Assembly (NCBI GenBank): GCA_001179505.1
Contig: CDMY01000520.1
Location: 248,001 to 312,000, forward strand
DNA: 64,000 bases
Direction of reading: 5' to 3'
Source of the DNA: Vitrella brassicaformis CCMP3155
Lineage: Eukaryota > Protista > Chromerida
A model generated the notes under the pieces. The model saw only the letters and a program-made list of their open reading frames with translations, had not been told where the DNA came from and did not search any database. The position numbers and the translations under genes are program-made. Of this stretch, positions 25,760 to 38,429 are shown one piece after another; within the stretch, counting starts at the first letter, position 1; each line of letters starts with the position of its first letter.

Positions 25760-28493
25760 ATGGCGTCATCGGTCGCTGGCAGCGTCAACCTTGGCCGAGA
25801 TCCACTTGTGCCTGGGAGACTGGAGCGTAAGAGCCGGTCATGTCCATCATTTTTTTTTTCCATCTCTCTGTCTGTTTCAGTCCCGGTAGGCACCTTTGTT
25901 TGGTGGAAGAGGGGCCACGGCCCGTGGCAGCTGGGAGTGCGTGTGGACCTGCAGATGGAGATCGAGCTCGGTAAATACCTCAAGAAAAGGGAAAACATGC
26001 ATGGCTGGTTGCTGCATCCATGGTCAGGGTTCCTGACGAACGAGCGAGCCATCGCCGAGCTCCGCGGCGACCGAGCCAGGGTCAAAGAAGGCCACGTTTG
26101 CATCTGGAGCGTCGCCGAGGGGCAGTACGCCATTTGCACGCCCACCAACATCCAGGTATGAGAGCCGGTGTCTGCGAAGCTGCCGAAACATCGATTCCGC
26201 CTGCTGTTTTTTCGATATCTGCAGCCCTACGACTACGGCGATGAGGACGGCGACTATCGCGTATTGCAAGCAAAGAGGCGTGTGTGTGGCGCAGTGTGTG
26301 ATGCAATGTATGTGTGTCCTTTTTGCAGCACTACGCCACGTCCAACAAGAACATCAGGGCCTTGGGCGCCGTGCAGTGGCTCAAGCTGATGCGCACAGAC
26401 GACACGGCATCCACACAGACGCGTACGCCACGCACGAACCTACAGTCATTACAAAGACCGTGACTCAACCATCTTTCCGACGATTGCTTTTTGGATCAGT
26501 GCCCTCAGGCCTTCAGGTGCTGGATACGTACTGCGACGAGCACGCCTACATCAATGGAGTCCTGGACGGCACGGTCGAGCCCCCACCGCCCAGAATCGCC
26601 CACGAAGAGGCCGAGCAGGTGGCCACAAGTAAGAGGAGGAGGGCGGCGGTTCCCAAGGGGCAGAGCAAGAGACGCCGGAGGGCCCTGGGGCCAATCAAGG
26701 ATGAGGAGCAAGATGAGGAAGAAGAGGCCGACATCGAAGATGAGCGCATGGCTGGTACCGCTGCAGCAGGCCGACGCAACCGTCGGAGTCTTGAACCCTT
26801 GTGCTGCCGCCATTCCCCACCAAGCTGCCGCCCAACAACGACCAGGGTGACATCAAGGACGAGCCCATGGACGCTGCGGCGGCATTCTCGCCAGCAGGAC
26901 ATCAGAGAGGGCGCAGAGGGGCCTGGGGGGCATCCAAGGACGCCTCGCCCTTCTCTCCCTTGGCATCGCCGCCAAGGGGTGCAGGCAGACGCCAGAGGGG
27001 AAGCCCTATGGCGCTGCCGTCGTTTGGGGCGGGGAAGAGGCAGGACGAAGACGATGCTGCCGCTGGGACTAAAGACGGATTTGGCGGAGGGTTGGGTATG
27101 ATGGACATGGACTTCGCCAGACCCTCACGCATCAGCACCGTAAGCCCATCAGATACCGCTGCTGCTTCACTTGTGGAGGCCCTGTTCCTGATGTGGATGT
27201 GTCTCTATCAGACGAACGAGAGTCAATGGGTGGAGTCCATCAAATACCTCAAGATCGGAGGCGGCCAACTCATGGAGTGGGCAAGAGAGATGTGCCATGC
27301 TCATGCACGTGCATCCCGCTATATTTTGCACTTCAGGATGCTCCATCATCTGCGCCTCAAAGCCATCTTCATCCACGACACCCCCAACCAGCGAATGCCC
27401 CGCCAGCCGCCCGACGGCTCTCGGCTTGGGGGATACCTCAGGGAGATGAGAATGCAGCAGTTTGTGCCCATCGCCGAGTCGACACCCGCCCTTCCATCGC
27501 CACTCCCATCGCACGGCGTCAAGGCGCTTGAGCGCTTGATCGACGATACATGGACCGCGCCAAAGGGATGGTGGAAGGGCTGTGTCGCCAGTACGTCTAC
27601 CTGCTGTTCTCGTGCGTTGTGGTGCTACTCAAGAAGAGCCGCCAGGTGGCGTTTGGGATGGGCGCGAGAAGAGGAGGTGAGCACAAGCACACTCGTGGGA
27701 GCCGGCTTTGAATTTCCCCCTTTCTTTGCTCAGCGGCATATGACGAGCAGCCAGCAGCAGCAGCAGCAGCAGCGGCCGGTGCGGCTGAGCAGGAAACGCG
27801 GCTGCCAGAGGGGACCTCGCTGTACCTCTGGGCCTCGTGCGGGCTCAGCGTCACCGGACGAGACACTATCAGGAAGTCGCTCAGCCTGAGAGAGATCGCA
27901 GCACTGCCCCCGTCACAGGCCGACATTCAGGGTATGGGTGTGTACAGCGAGATGCGATCTGCCTTCCCCCTGGATGAACTGAGCAAAGCTGAGGCAGGAA
28001 TGTTTGTCCGGAGTGTATGGGTCTTGTGTGTGTTCAGAGTGTCGCTGCAGGGCTCGGTCGTGCCTGGAGGATTTCATGTCAATCCTCTCCAGCCTCCAGC
28101 GGGACATGGACTCGACCGCCCTCTTCAGCAACGCACCCGACATGCCAGACCTCGCAGAGGCAGTACGCAAGCGCTGTTCTTTTGCCCTCTGTATTTGTCA
28201 CATCCACATGATACTTTCTGCAGGAGATGTCGCCCCTGCTTTGGTCGCGCATCTCGACGCTCAAGCAGCTGATCGACAGCGCCCACAAGTTGCGCTACGA
28301 GAGGGACGCACCACAAGCTTGGGAGGAGCAGCCATCGGCGGCAGCAGCGGCTGGTGGGGCTGATGAGGAGATGGAGGGGGGCGACGAGGACATCTCACGC
28401 CACGCCATCCGCCACGCCACGGGCGGCAGTGAGGAGTCATCAGGAGCGACGGCAGCACTGGCAGGGGCGCTGGCACTCTTTGGAGCCGGCTGA
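25760..28493 (+). pseudogene. Unrecognised family copy 1: PWWP-like N-terminus, acidic/basic linker and C-terminal family module; probably frameshifted
   Basis: Exon peptides GTFVWWKRGHGPWQLGVRVD...GQYAICTPTNIQ|PY, ESTPALPSPLPSHGVKALE, LPEGTSLYLWASCG and LWSRISTLKQLIDSAHKLRYERDAP have paralogues at 33-38 kb. Frame breaks near 26790 and 27543 have no usable splice sites. Confidence 0.6.
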
Positions 28494-28833
28494 GCGTAGT
28501 TGCAAGGGTGCGGCATTGCACACACACAGAGTGCCTGTATGAGGACGTACTCATACGTACGTATGAATGAATTGAGGTTGGTCGTACACGTGTGGCTCGC
28601 AAAGCGGGTCCATGCCATGTGCTGTTCAGTCCATTTTTGAATGTACTCGTTTGTACATGTGGCGTCTATGTATCCCTAAGCTTGCAAGCTTGGATGGGCC
28701 ATGTATAATTACATTTTGTGATGGATAGATGGAGGTCAGACGGACATATGGCTGCTTCCACAATTCGTATCAAGCTGAGTCCTTATGCAAGGTGAGTCAC
28801 TTGGTACATGCCACTGCAGACCTAGTTCATGTA

Positions 28834-31065
28834 TCACACAAAACGGCGCCTCAAAAGACGGCCGCACGCTCGAATGCACCCAAAGCACGCGCAGCACCTC
28901 GCCTGATCCCCGTCGGTCTCTCCAGCTGCAGCAGCAGCAGCCTCGTGGTGATCGTCTTCGGTCAGAAACACCCAACCTGACACACAAGCCATGACAGAAA
29001 CGGCTTGACAGAGAAGGAGACAGAAAGGAGACACAAAGAGAGTGTCAAGTTGCTTCCCACCTGCGGCAGCTGGAGTGCTGTGTGTCTCTCGCCCTCTCCC
29101 CCCTCCCAAGCCCTCCTCCCTTGATGTTGTTGTCAGCGCCCGTGGCCGCACGTCTCGAGGTCGGGGCGGCACGTGCTGAATAAAGGCATGCTCCAGCGCC
29201 TCATCGGCAGATATGCGCCTCTTGGGGTCTGAAGGAGAGGAGCAAACAAAGGACGCTGTGCGTTTCATCTGTTTTGATGATCTTTCTAACCTGTAACCAG
29301 CAAGTTCTGCACAAGGTCAACGAACTCTAGTGGTGTCTTCTGCTCCAGCCGCTTGAACGTGCACATGCGCTTCTCAATGACCCGGCGCAGCACCTCCTCG
29401 TTTCCGCCTGCATTCAACAAAGGAGTAAGAGACGTCGTGCTTTCGACTGCCGACACACCTTTAACCGGGAGCAGGCCGTCGCCCATCTTGAGCACGACAC
29501 CTACACCCATGATTGCATGCAGCAGTCTTGTAGCCTGCATGGACTAGTATTGCCATTCACCGAGGCTCCACATGTCGGGCTTTTTGCCATAGTCGTTCCT
29601 CCACACCTCGGGCGGCTGGTACCGGGCGACACCAAAGCTGCACGAGAGAAAAAAAGAGGATGCAGGAGTGAGCACAGCGAAGATGCCTATTACACTTCGT
29701 CGCTATGGATTCCAGAGTCCTCGCATTCGGTCTCCATGGCAATGCCGAAGTCCGACAAAACGATACGGCCGTCTTACGCGACGAAAAAATTGTCGACTTT
29801 GATGTCTCTGACGTATAGAGACATTGATAAAAGAACGATTGGAGCAGACATAGCCACCTGGCTTACCGGTGGACGATGTCGTTCCTGTGCAAGTGGTACA
29901 CCGCGTGCACCATGTCGGCCGTCATCTCCGCCAACTCCTCCTCAGACACTTTCGAGGCGTCAAACTCGCTCAAGTCCGCAACATATCGGTCCATCACTGA
30001 ATAGAACAAGTCAGAACGACAAAACAACGACTGTTTCAATGTGTCTCCCTCTCTCCACCGATGAAACACGATGAGTTGTCCCTGTAGATGTCGTGGACCT
30101 TGACGATGTTGGGGTGGCCATTGATGTCCTTCCTGCGGCGGCCGTACTGAGCGAGGTCTAGCAGCTTGAGCTCCTCGTCGACCTCTTCAGGCGTCATCGC
30201 CGAAACGATGTGCCGGCGGCCTTTGAGAAACCTGCATTCATGCAGATAGAGCTGGTGGAGTGAAACGGTGTGTGTGCTAAGGGGTAGTGCTTGTTATCTG
30301 CTCACTTGAGGCAGCAATTCGTGTCCCACCTCTCCCTCCTACTCTCGGCGTTCTTGTTGATCTTGACCACCTTCACAACCTGCAAACACAGCCAAGTGCC
30401 CACAAACGCACACACAGACAGAGCCAGCCAATCAGCCAATCAGCCAGTCAATAGCCGTGCGCGACGCCATGTCTGCTTTTGCATCTCTTCATTGCCCCCT
30501 TACCCTCTCTGTCTTCTCCCCTCGGATGGGTCCCTCAGCTTGGCCTCGTAGACTCTTGAGAAGCCGCCTTAAGCCGCCTTCGGCCAGCTTCTTGCCCAGC
30601 TTGTACTTCTTCAAAAACTCTGACAATTCATATCAGGATGTGCATTGGTACGTTCCATTTTCCCTCCCTCCCTCCCTCCCTCCTGGCCTCCCTTTCTCCC
30701 TCCCTTTCTCCCTTCGTCTCAGCCGCTCACCGGCCCGCGCTCGGCCCCTCCCGATCAGCCGGTCCCAGCACCAGCAACGCCGTCCTCTCTCAACCCCTCC
30801 CTTCCCCTCTCTCCCCCTCCCTCCGCCCTCTCCCGCCGCCGCCGCAGCAGCGGCCGATGTTGGTGTGGTTGTGACAGGGGATGCTGCCCCTGACGTCGAT
30901 GGGGCCACGGTGGCCTGGGCGGCCAGGAGGGGCGACGATGGCTCCCTCGTGCGGGTGTCTGAAAGAGGAGCAAACAATGGACTGTGTGACTCGCGTGCAC
31001 TGCTGGGTGTCTGGCTGTGGTCCGCGATAAGATGGAGATCTATGGATACCTTTCGTTGGCTTCAT
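28834..31065 (-). pseudogene. Ser/Thr protein kinase pseudogene 1
   Basis: Exons give KYKLGKKLAEGG/FSRVYEA, HPNIVKV, IVHR|DIKVDNFFVA*DGRIVLSDFG, YQPPEVW, DMWSLG and DPKRRISADEALEH. Lesions are a 10-bp tandem duplication (aagccgcctt x2, 30561-30580) in the Gly loop and an in-frame TAA at 29774-29776. Confidence 0.85.
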
Positions 31066-31591
31066 GTGGGCAATCGCAACAACCTGAGAGCATCACAGAC
31101 ATGGAGAGGAGATGCGTATCAACACGAGTACGTTCTCGTGCCCCTCCTTCGCACCGGGCACTTCAGATCTCCCTTTCTGCGACAATGTGCGGCTCCTTCG
31201 GCGGGCAGACAAGGCGCAATTCGACACGAAACACTTGATCTGTCGAAGTCACGGCAGATCTACAGCAAGAGCCTTTGGATCTCTCACTTTACTGCGAGAC
31301 TGGCCCCCAATCGCCCCCAAGCTCGCATGAAACGCCTCTTGCGCCCCTCCGCCATTCCCTGTAGCTCATCACCATGTTGGATCGGTTGACGAGCAAGGTG
31401 CATGTGGAGGAGGAGCACCACCGGTTGAAGGAGGAGCAGGTGCAGCAGTACTCCACCTTCCGCAAGCAGGCCATGAAGCTCTCCCGCACCTTCATGATGG
31501 GCGGCGCCGGCAGCTTTGCCGAGCCCTCCCACCCGCCCTCCAGACAGAGCATGGAGCCCCTCCCGCCCACCGCACTCGGCCACAGGCCCAA
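30460..31591. repeat. Duplicated unit A: kinase 5' exons, bidirectional promoter and PKD2-like 5' coding fragment
   Basis: Highly similar to 31892-32767 and to 41200-41527 plus 41828-41915; contains AGCTCGCA at 31320-31327 and the ORF start MLDRLTSKVHVEE at 31374. Confidence 0.9.
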
Positions 31592-31891
31592 NNNNNNNNN
31601 NNNNNNNNNNNNNNNNNNNNNNNNNNNNNNNNNNNNNNNNNNNNNNNNNNNNNNNNNNNNNNNNNNNNNNNNNNNNNNNNNNNNNNNNNNNNNNNNNNNN
31701 NNNNNNNNNNNNNNNNNNNNNNNNNNNNNNNNNNNNNNNNNNNNNNNNNNNNNNNNNNNNNNNNNNNNNNNNNNNNNNNNNNNNNNNNNNNNNNNNNNNN
31801 NNNNNNNNNNNNNNNNNNNNNNNNNNNNNNNNNNNNNNNNNNNNNNNNNNNNNNNNNNNNNNNNNNNNNNNNNNNNNNNNNNNNNNNNNNN
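31592..31891. other. Assembly gap (300 N)
   Basis: Run of exactly 300 N between repeat units A and B. Confidence 1.
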
Positions 31892-32767
31892 CCGATCAGC
31901 CGGTCCCAGCACCAGCGGCGCCGTCCTCTCTCAGCCCCTCCCTTCCCCTCCCTCCCCCTCCCTCCCCCCTCTCCCGCCGCAGCAGCGGCCGATGTTGGTG
32001 TGGTTGTGACAGGGGATGCTGCCCCTGACGTCGATGGGGCCGCGGTGGCCTCAGCGGCCAGGAGGGGCGACGATGACTCCCTCGTGCGGGTGTCTGAAGA
32101 AGAGCAAACAATGGACTGTGTGACTTGTCACGCGCGTCCTCATCACGTGCACTGCTGCGTGTCTGGCTGTGGTCAGCGATAAGATGGAGATCTACCTTTC
32201 GTGGGCTTCATGCGGGCAATCGCAACAACCTGAGAGCATCACAGACATGGAGAGGAGATGCGTATCAACACGAGTACGTTCTCGTGCCCCTCCTTCGCAC
32301 CGGGCACTTCAGATCTCCCTTTCTGCGACAATGTGCGGCTCCTTCGGCGGGCAGACAAGGCGCAATTCGACACGAAACACTTGATCTGTCCAAGTCACCG
32401 GCAGATCTACACCAAGAGCTCGGATCTCTCACTTTACTGCGAGACTGGCCCCCAATCGCCCCCAAGCTCGCATGAAACCTCTTGCGCCCCTCTCCCCATT
32501 CCCTGTAGCCTATCACCATGTTGGATCGGTTGACGAGCAAGGTGCATGTGGAGGAGGAGCACCACCGGTTGAAGGAGGAGCAGGTGCAGCAGTACTCCAC
32601 CTTCCGCAAGCAGGCCATGAAGCTCTCCCGCACCTTCATGATGGGCGGCGCCGGCAGCTTTGCCGAGCCCTCCCACCCGCCCTCCAGACAGAGCATGGAG
32701 CCCCTCCCGCCCACCGCACTCGGCCACAGGCCCAAAGCACACGCCAGGACGGCCACTGCCGGCACAG
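31892..32767. repeat. Duplicated unit B, a second copy of the kinase/PKD2 promoter unit
   Basis: Aligns to 30751-31591 with scattered substitutions and indels; AGCTCGCA at 32465-32472. Confidence 0.9.
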
Positions 32768-32856
32768 CTGGGATCGGGGAGGACGACGGCGAGGGCGACG
32801 GCAAGGACGGAAGGGGCGTCCGCAGGTTTGCATGCGGCTGTACGTGTTTTTGGTAG
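32518..32856 (+). pseudogene. Truncated 112-aa ORF: PKD2-like N-terminus fused to a new Cys-rich tail
   Basis: MLDRLTSK...AHARTATAGTA overlaps the sequence resuming after gap 2 at 41828, then diverges at about 32767 into GIGEDDGEG...RRFACGCTCFW*. Confidence 0.55.
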
Positions 32857-33077
32857 GTGCGAGAGTGCGGCCGCCTCTTCAGGGGCCGCAGGAGGCGGGG
32901 GAGAGAAAGGCGGCAAGGGAGGGAGACATTGGTGGCAAAGAACGAGGGAAAGTGATGGTTGCGTACAGGTACGTACAGGCAAAGATGCGCACTTTGATGG
33001 TGAGTGCCCTTTCCTATTGATGTGTGCCCTTTCTGTGTGTGATGCACGTCGCTGTGTGATGGGAACTGAGAGACATT

Positions 33078-34720
33078 TCATGTTACGCTGAGTTCGTATG
33101 TATGTACATACCTGAATGATGCATGGCGTGAAATCGGTGCGACCCAAACCACGGATATAAAACGTAGGCAACGATCACAACGACCGAGACAATTCTCATC
33201 TGCTTGTCGCTCTTCCCTCGAACATTCCTTCGCTCCGCCCAATGGCTGCTCCTGCCGAAAATGCGGTGCGTCTCTCTCATACAAGAAGCTGTAGGTGATA
33301 TCCAGCAGCTGCTTCAGTGTTGAGAGGCGCGACCACATGAAAGCGACACCGCCTGGAGCAAACAACACATCCAACAGACACTCGCAGACGACCAGAGGAT
33401 GTGCGCTTCAGCCTACAGTACATACCTGCTCTGCCGACACTGGTGCGTCACTGGAAAGATACGGCGAGTCTCGGCGCAGCAACGTCAGGTTGGTGACGAA
33501 GACGTCGAGACGCAGAAGGGTCCGCGAGCGGCATCCTGCGGGGATAGTCACAGAGAGAGAGGAGGAGACATCACCGCAGGTTTCCCTCTTTGTCTATCTT
33601 GTAGTAGCCGTACACAGCTCATGGGTCGGAAAAGCGTCCCTCATCTTGTCGTGCTCGTCAGGCGTTATGTCGATGAGGGTCAGTGATGTCCGCAAGGTGT
33701 CGTCGAGGGTACAGCCGTACGACACGCGCATGTACAGGGAGACACCGTCAGGCATACCCCGGTCAGCCGCGCTTGCCGCTGCGGCGGCCTGTGGCTGCTC
33801 AGTGTGGGTGGCCTTCTTGTCATATGCCGCTGAACAAAGAAAGCGAAACATTCCATTCAAAGCGGCTCAGATGAGTGTGGCTGTGCACCTCCGCCGTGCA
33901 GGCCCATTCCAAAGCCCATGTGCATCTTGCCGGCCTCCTCGAACGGCACCACAACCGAGGAGAAGAGAAGATGCCCCACAGGTGACACAGGCTCTTCAGC
34001 ACACTCTTGGCGCGGTCGAGGTACGTCTCCCCGTGGGAGAGGTGCTCAAGGGCCTTGACAGCTTGCAGTGGGAGGGGGGACGGCAGGGCAGATGTGAGCT
34101 CCAGAATGGCGGCGTACTGCCCCATGCTCGCCTGTTGCAAGTATTGCGGCAGGCGGGAGAGGTCTCGCGGCGGGCGGGCCATGCGGGCGTATGGGGCGTT
34201 GAACTTGAAGACATCATCCAGGTGCAAGTCGCGCACCATCCTGCAGCACAGCCCTGGCTGGTGGGTGGGCGACTGCTGTGGGCAATCTGGCTGCCGGTCT
34301 ACGGAGCAAGGAGACGAGGCGGCTCGATGGTGCCGCTGATCATCCCGCTAATAAAGGCATGGTCGGTCCAGAAACAGCCGAGGACTTCCAGCCCTGAGGG
34401 CACTGCACAGAACGCATGCCGAAAGGGATGTTCTGTCTCTCGGTGTGGGCGTTTATTTGTCACTTACGCCGCTGTGATGGGGTCTGGTTGCTTCTCCGCT
34501 GTTGCATGAGGTACTGGAGACGGCCAAGGCCTTCTTCACCCTCTCGGACGCCAGGTGTCTGTGCAACGGCAGATACATCAGCCACACGATGAGGACAGAA
34601 TATGATCCCCTGTCTCGTCCCTTGTGTACCTTAAAGGGGGAGAAGTTCTCGGTGCCAATCTTATATTCCTGAATCCGCGCATCCGGCAGGCGGAAAGTGA
34701 AGAGGTCATATGTCGTTACT
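33078..34720 (-). pseudogene. Unrecognised family copy 2b (C-terminal module, frameshifted)
   Basis: MVRDLHLDDVF...ELTSALPSPLPLQAVKALE, MPDGVSLYMRVSYG and MWSRLSTLKQLLDITYSFLYERDAP are homologous to copy 1; 1-nt deletion near 33975. Confidence 0.6.
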
Positions 34721-34831
34721 GAGCGCCGTCTGTCCTCCTTACAATGACGTTGCTTGGCGTGCATATGGCCGCGTGTTTTCTGCTGTCTGGTGTACCCATC
34801 TCCTCTAGACACGTTGTTCGGAACTTGTTCC

Positions 34832-37159
34832 CTAGTCGTACATGCCCTTGTTCTCAAATGCCTCACACGCCGCATCCACCATGCTGTTCAGCGCTGCCGC
34901 CGCAGCTGATGGCCGTCGATTGCTATCGCTGTCGTCGCTGTCGTCGTTGTCGGTGTCGTCTGGTAGGGCAAGCTGCTGCTCCTCACCGTTCAGACGCATC
35001 TCACCCAGGACGGCCGCCTCACTGGTCCCGGCAGCAGCATCAGCAGCCGAAGTGCTGGCTGTCGGTGGCTGCTGATGGGCAACAGGCGGGTGCTTTGCAG
35101 GCGGGTCCTCGTCGTATCGCAGATTATAGGCGACGTCAACACTCTCCTTTAGCCACCGCATGCGGCTCCAGAAGGATGACGAGAGGGTCTGCAGCATCAC
35201 AGCATCACTCACAGATGCAGAAAGTAGGAGACATGATGCGTCGACTAGACACATGTTCATACCTGCTGTTCCAAGTCCGCCGCGTTGGGTGCATCTTGGA
35301 ACAGGATGGGCAACTCCGCATGTAGCACTGATACGGTGGTTGTCAGGCTTTTCATATGGAGCAGGGCACTCGAGCGGCGTCCTTGACACAAAAACACACG
35401 TAGATTATGCCCTTGTGTTCTGTGTTGCCTGGCGTACCCATCTCCTCGAGCGGGAAGAGGCTCTTCATCTGGCCCATGTCGTCCAGCTCCACCTGTGTGG
35501 GCGCCTCACGGGAGATCTCAGCCAGGTCGGGAGACCTTCTTAGGGCATCCAAGCCGATGACACTCGCCCCACACGCCACCCGGATGTAGATGGAGATGCC
35601 TTCCGGTGGCTCCTCTTCCATCATCGCCTCTCTCAGCTGGTCGTCGTATCGATCAGAGCACACAAGACGCCAAGCTCCCTGTCGTCGTGTCTCGCCATTC
35701 GTGGTGCTCACCTCCGCCATGCAGGCACATCCCGAAGCCCAACCTCAGCGTGCTCTTGCCCCGGCTGAAGTCGTTGATGCGCACGACAATCGACCCGAAC
35801 AGCAGGTGCAGGCACTGCGCACATCGGCCCCGCACAATGCCCTTCGCCCGGTGTAGGTCTTTAGACCGGTGCAGATGTCCAGGGCCTTGACGCTTTGCTG
35901 TGGGAGCGGCGAAAAGAGGGCGGGCGTCAGCTCCAGGATGGGCACATACAGGCGAATGCTGGCGGCACGGATGCGTTTCCAGATGTCCGCAGGGGCAGAG
36001 TAGGTGCGGGGCATTGGCTGGAGGGGCATCTTGAGCTTGAGGAGTGATGGCAGATGCAGGCACCAACCTGAGGGGAAAAAGACAGTCAGCTAGTGTATTG
36101 CTTATGTCTCCCACTCACCCCATGATATCGTCGCGGCCCTTCAGCGCATCCTGGAGGAAATGTATCCAGCGCTGATCGTCCGTCACAACATGCTACAAAT
36201 ATCTACAAATAATCATTGAACAAAAAAGGCAAATACAAACGTGGATCAGCGATGCATCCGATGGCAGTCCTCACGGGTAAGGCCAGTGCCAGCATCTGTT
36301 CGTCCACGGGCCCTCTGCCTCTGCCAGCCGATGGATCCCTACCCATTCGACTGCTCCACGTGGTCCGTCCCCCAGCTGCTGCTGCTGCGGCAGAGGCTAT
36401 CGTGTTGTCTTTGATGGGCTGGCCCTTCTTTTCTCCGGCCGTCCCGAAGAGGCGGTCAAGCAACGACCCTTCTCTCCCCCTCTGGTGTTTGCCTCTCGCA
36501 CTTGGCACGGCGGCGGCAGCAGCCCCGAGGCCGCTTGCTGCTGGCGGGAGGCTGTTCGTCGGGCTCTCTCTTGGAACCCCTGGGCACCTCCTTGGCCACT
36601 GCTGTATGCTTGACACGCTCTTTGGAGATCTGCTGCACCGCCCCCAGCGCTCTCGAGTTCTTGACGGACTTGAAGAGCCTCTGCACGCACAAGGAAGGGA
36701 CACATATGAGACGCCGTCGTGTCCCTTTGCTTTTGTGCTCTGCATACGCGGCAGGTGTTCTCCTGGCCCATCCTGTAAAGCTGCATGCAGCACAAGACAT
36801 CCACAACAAAAGGGGTCATTGTCCTGCTTGCGAGCAGCGTCCCCACCAGGCGTACAGATGGCGTGCTTGGCCTCGCCACGCTTCGAATGCATATCGGGTT
36901 GCGGATGGCCTTTTCTTCACGCTTCAGCTGGTTGATGGCGTTCTCATCCTTCAGGAAGCCTAGAAAACAAACAAAACGCAAAGCATAGTTTATCAAGTGC
37001 AATCTCGAGGCCGACACCAATCTGCTCGGGAGAAACAAAAGAAATGATCACAGCGAAGATGCCTCTTACAATTGGTGGTCGGCTCTCTTCAGGCACACAG
37101 CCCCATCTGAATCGATCAACGAACCTACGGAGGTCGTCCAGTGCTTGAGTCGATATCAT
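34832..37159 (-). pseudogene. Unrecognised family copy 2a (degenerate N-terminal domain plus C-terminal module, frameshifted)
   Basis: FLKDENAINQLKREEKAIRNPICIRSVA aligns with copy 1 FLTNERAIAELRGDRARVKEGHVCIWSVA. Other matches are KNSRALGAVQ, ELTPALFSPLPQQSVKALD, PPEGISIYIRVACG and FWSRMRWLKESVDVAYNLRYDEDPP. Frame break near 35853. Confidence 0.6.
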
Positions 37160-37191
37160 GCGCGGACCAGCTAATACACGGGATCGATGCG

Positions 37192-38130
37192 TCACGTAGC
37201 AGAAGATATAAAATGTAGGCAACGATAGCGCTGGCTGCCGCCACTTTCGCTGCCACTGCTGCCTTCAATCAGTTGCTTGATCGTTGAGAGACGCGACCAT
37301 ACCAAAGGCGATAGCTCCTGCAAAAGGGTGAAAAGAAGAAACAGCGCTTGCGTACTGTCTCTGCGAGGTCTGTCATGTCCGCTGGGTCGTTGAAGAGGGC
37401 TGCTGTCCATGTCGCGCTGGAGGCTTGAAAAGATGGACACGAAGTCCTCCAGACGCGATGACGCACTGCCGCGGGACTCTGAAGACACACAAAGACACAT
37501 ACACTCCGCACACACATATATTCCTCGGCTTACTCAGCTCATGCAGCACCCCAAACCTCTGGATGTCGGCCTGTGGCGGGGTATGTGACCGCCATAGTCG
37601 CCTAACAGCGACCGCAGGTTTGGAACCGACTCCTCTTTCGACGGGCTGCTGGGGGTGGAGGTCGGTAGCACACCAACCGCCAGCAGGGCCAATGCCGGCG
37701 CAGCAGCAGCAGCAGCAGCAGCAGCAGACGACGAGGAGGGCTCCTCTTCGAAAAGGATGAAGTAGGCCTGCTCTACGAGCCGCTTCAGGCTGTCGAGCTC
37801 GAGTGCCATACCCACGTCGGGAACTCCTGCAGAACCACATATGCACGTGTGATACAAGCAGACATGAAAAGGCGATTTATCGTCTGCATACCAGGTCACT
37901 CATCTGCATGGGGTCGGGGTCGTCATCGAACAACGACATCTCCTTGGCGAAGCGGTCCAGGTGCCTCAGGGTGGCGGCGCGACGCTCTGCAGCAGACGCA
38001 CACATATGAGCCAACCCAGCATGACAGGTACATTCTTTGGCGTACCCATTTCTGGGAGCATGCTCCCTCGTCGATGTGGGGGCGGGCGGCGTCTCCCTGC
38101 CCTCGAGAATGTAGTCATGCTCACTCCAGA
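37192..38130 (-). pseudogene. Unrecognised family copy 3 (rearranged partial module)
   Basis: SRLEDFVSIFSSLQRDMDS matches copy 1 SCLEDFMSILSSLQRDMDS; also PPQADIQ and LVWSRLSTIKQLIE; frame breaks are present. Confidence 0.55.
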
Positions 38131-38429
38131 GCTGGACAGCACTTAATGAGACCGTTGGGCACTGAGTGGAGGCAGCCACGAATGAGCGGAACGTGGACTG
38201 CTTTTTAGCAGAGAATTTCGGCGTCTTGTCTTTTCTTCGTCGAGAATTCTCTCCTGCATGGGTTTTTCCCGGCGAGAATATGAAAGATGGCCGTCTCGTA
38301 TTTTCTGCTCGTTTGCGCTCGAAAGTAGGCAATCGAATGCGTCAGTCACACCTATTCGGCAGGTGTATGTACTCCTTGCGTTAATTCAAATTGCAACGTT
38401 GGTCCAAGCGATTGCAACGTCGGCCCTGA

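Noticed and set aside
27560-27567. A-AAG-GGA as a -1 slippery heptamer in family copy 1
   Set aside because: YYY=GGG is non-canonical and the site is not conserved in copies 2a or 2b.
28678-28691. 14-bp palindrome AAGCTTGCAAGCTT resembling back-to-back promoter motifs
   Set aside because: It is a single occurrence with a mismatch to the motif and lies between convergent 3' ends; compatible with chance.
5640-37730. (GCT/GCA)n poly-Ala and poly-Gln tracts in several genes
   Set aside because: These are common low-complexity linkers with no distinctive organisation.
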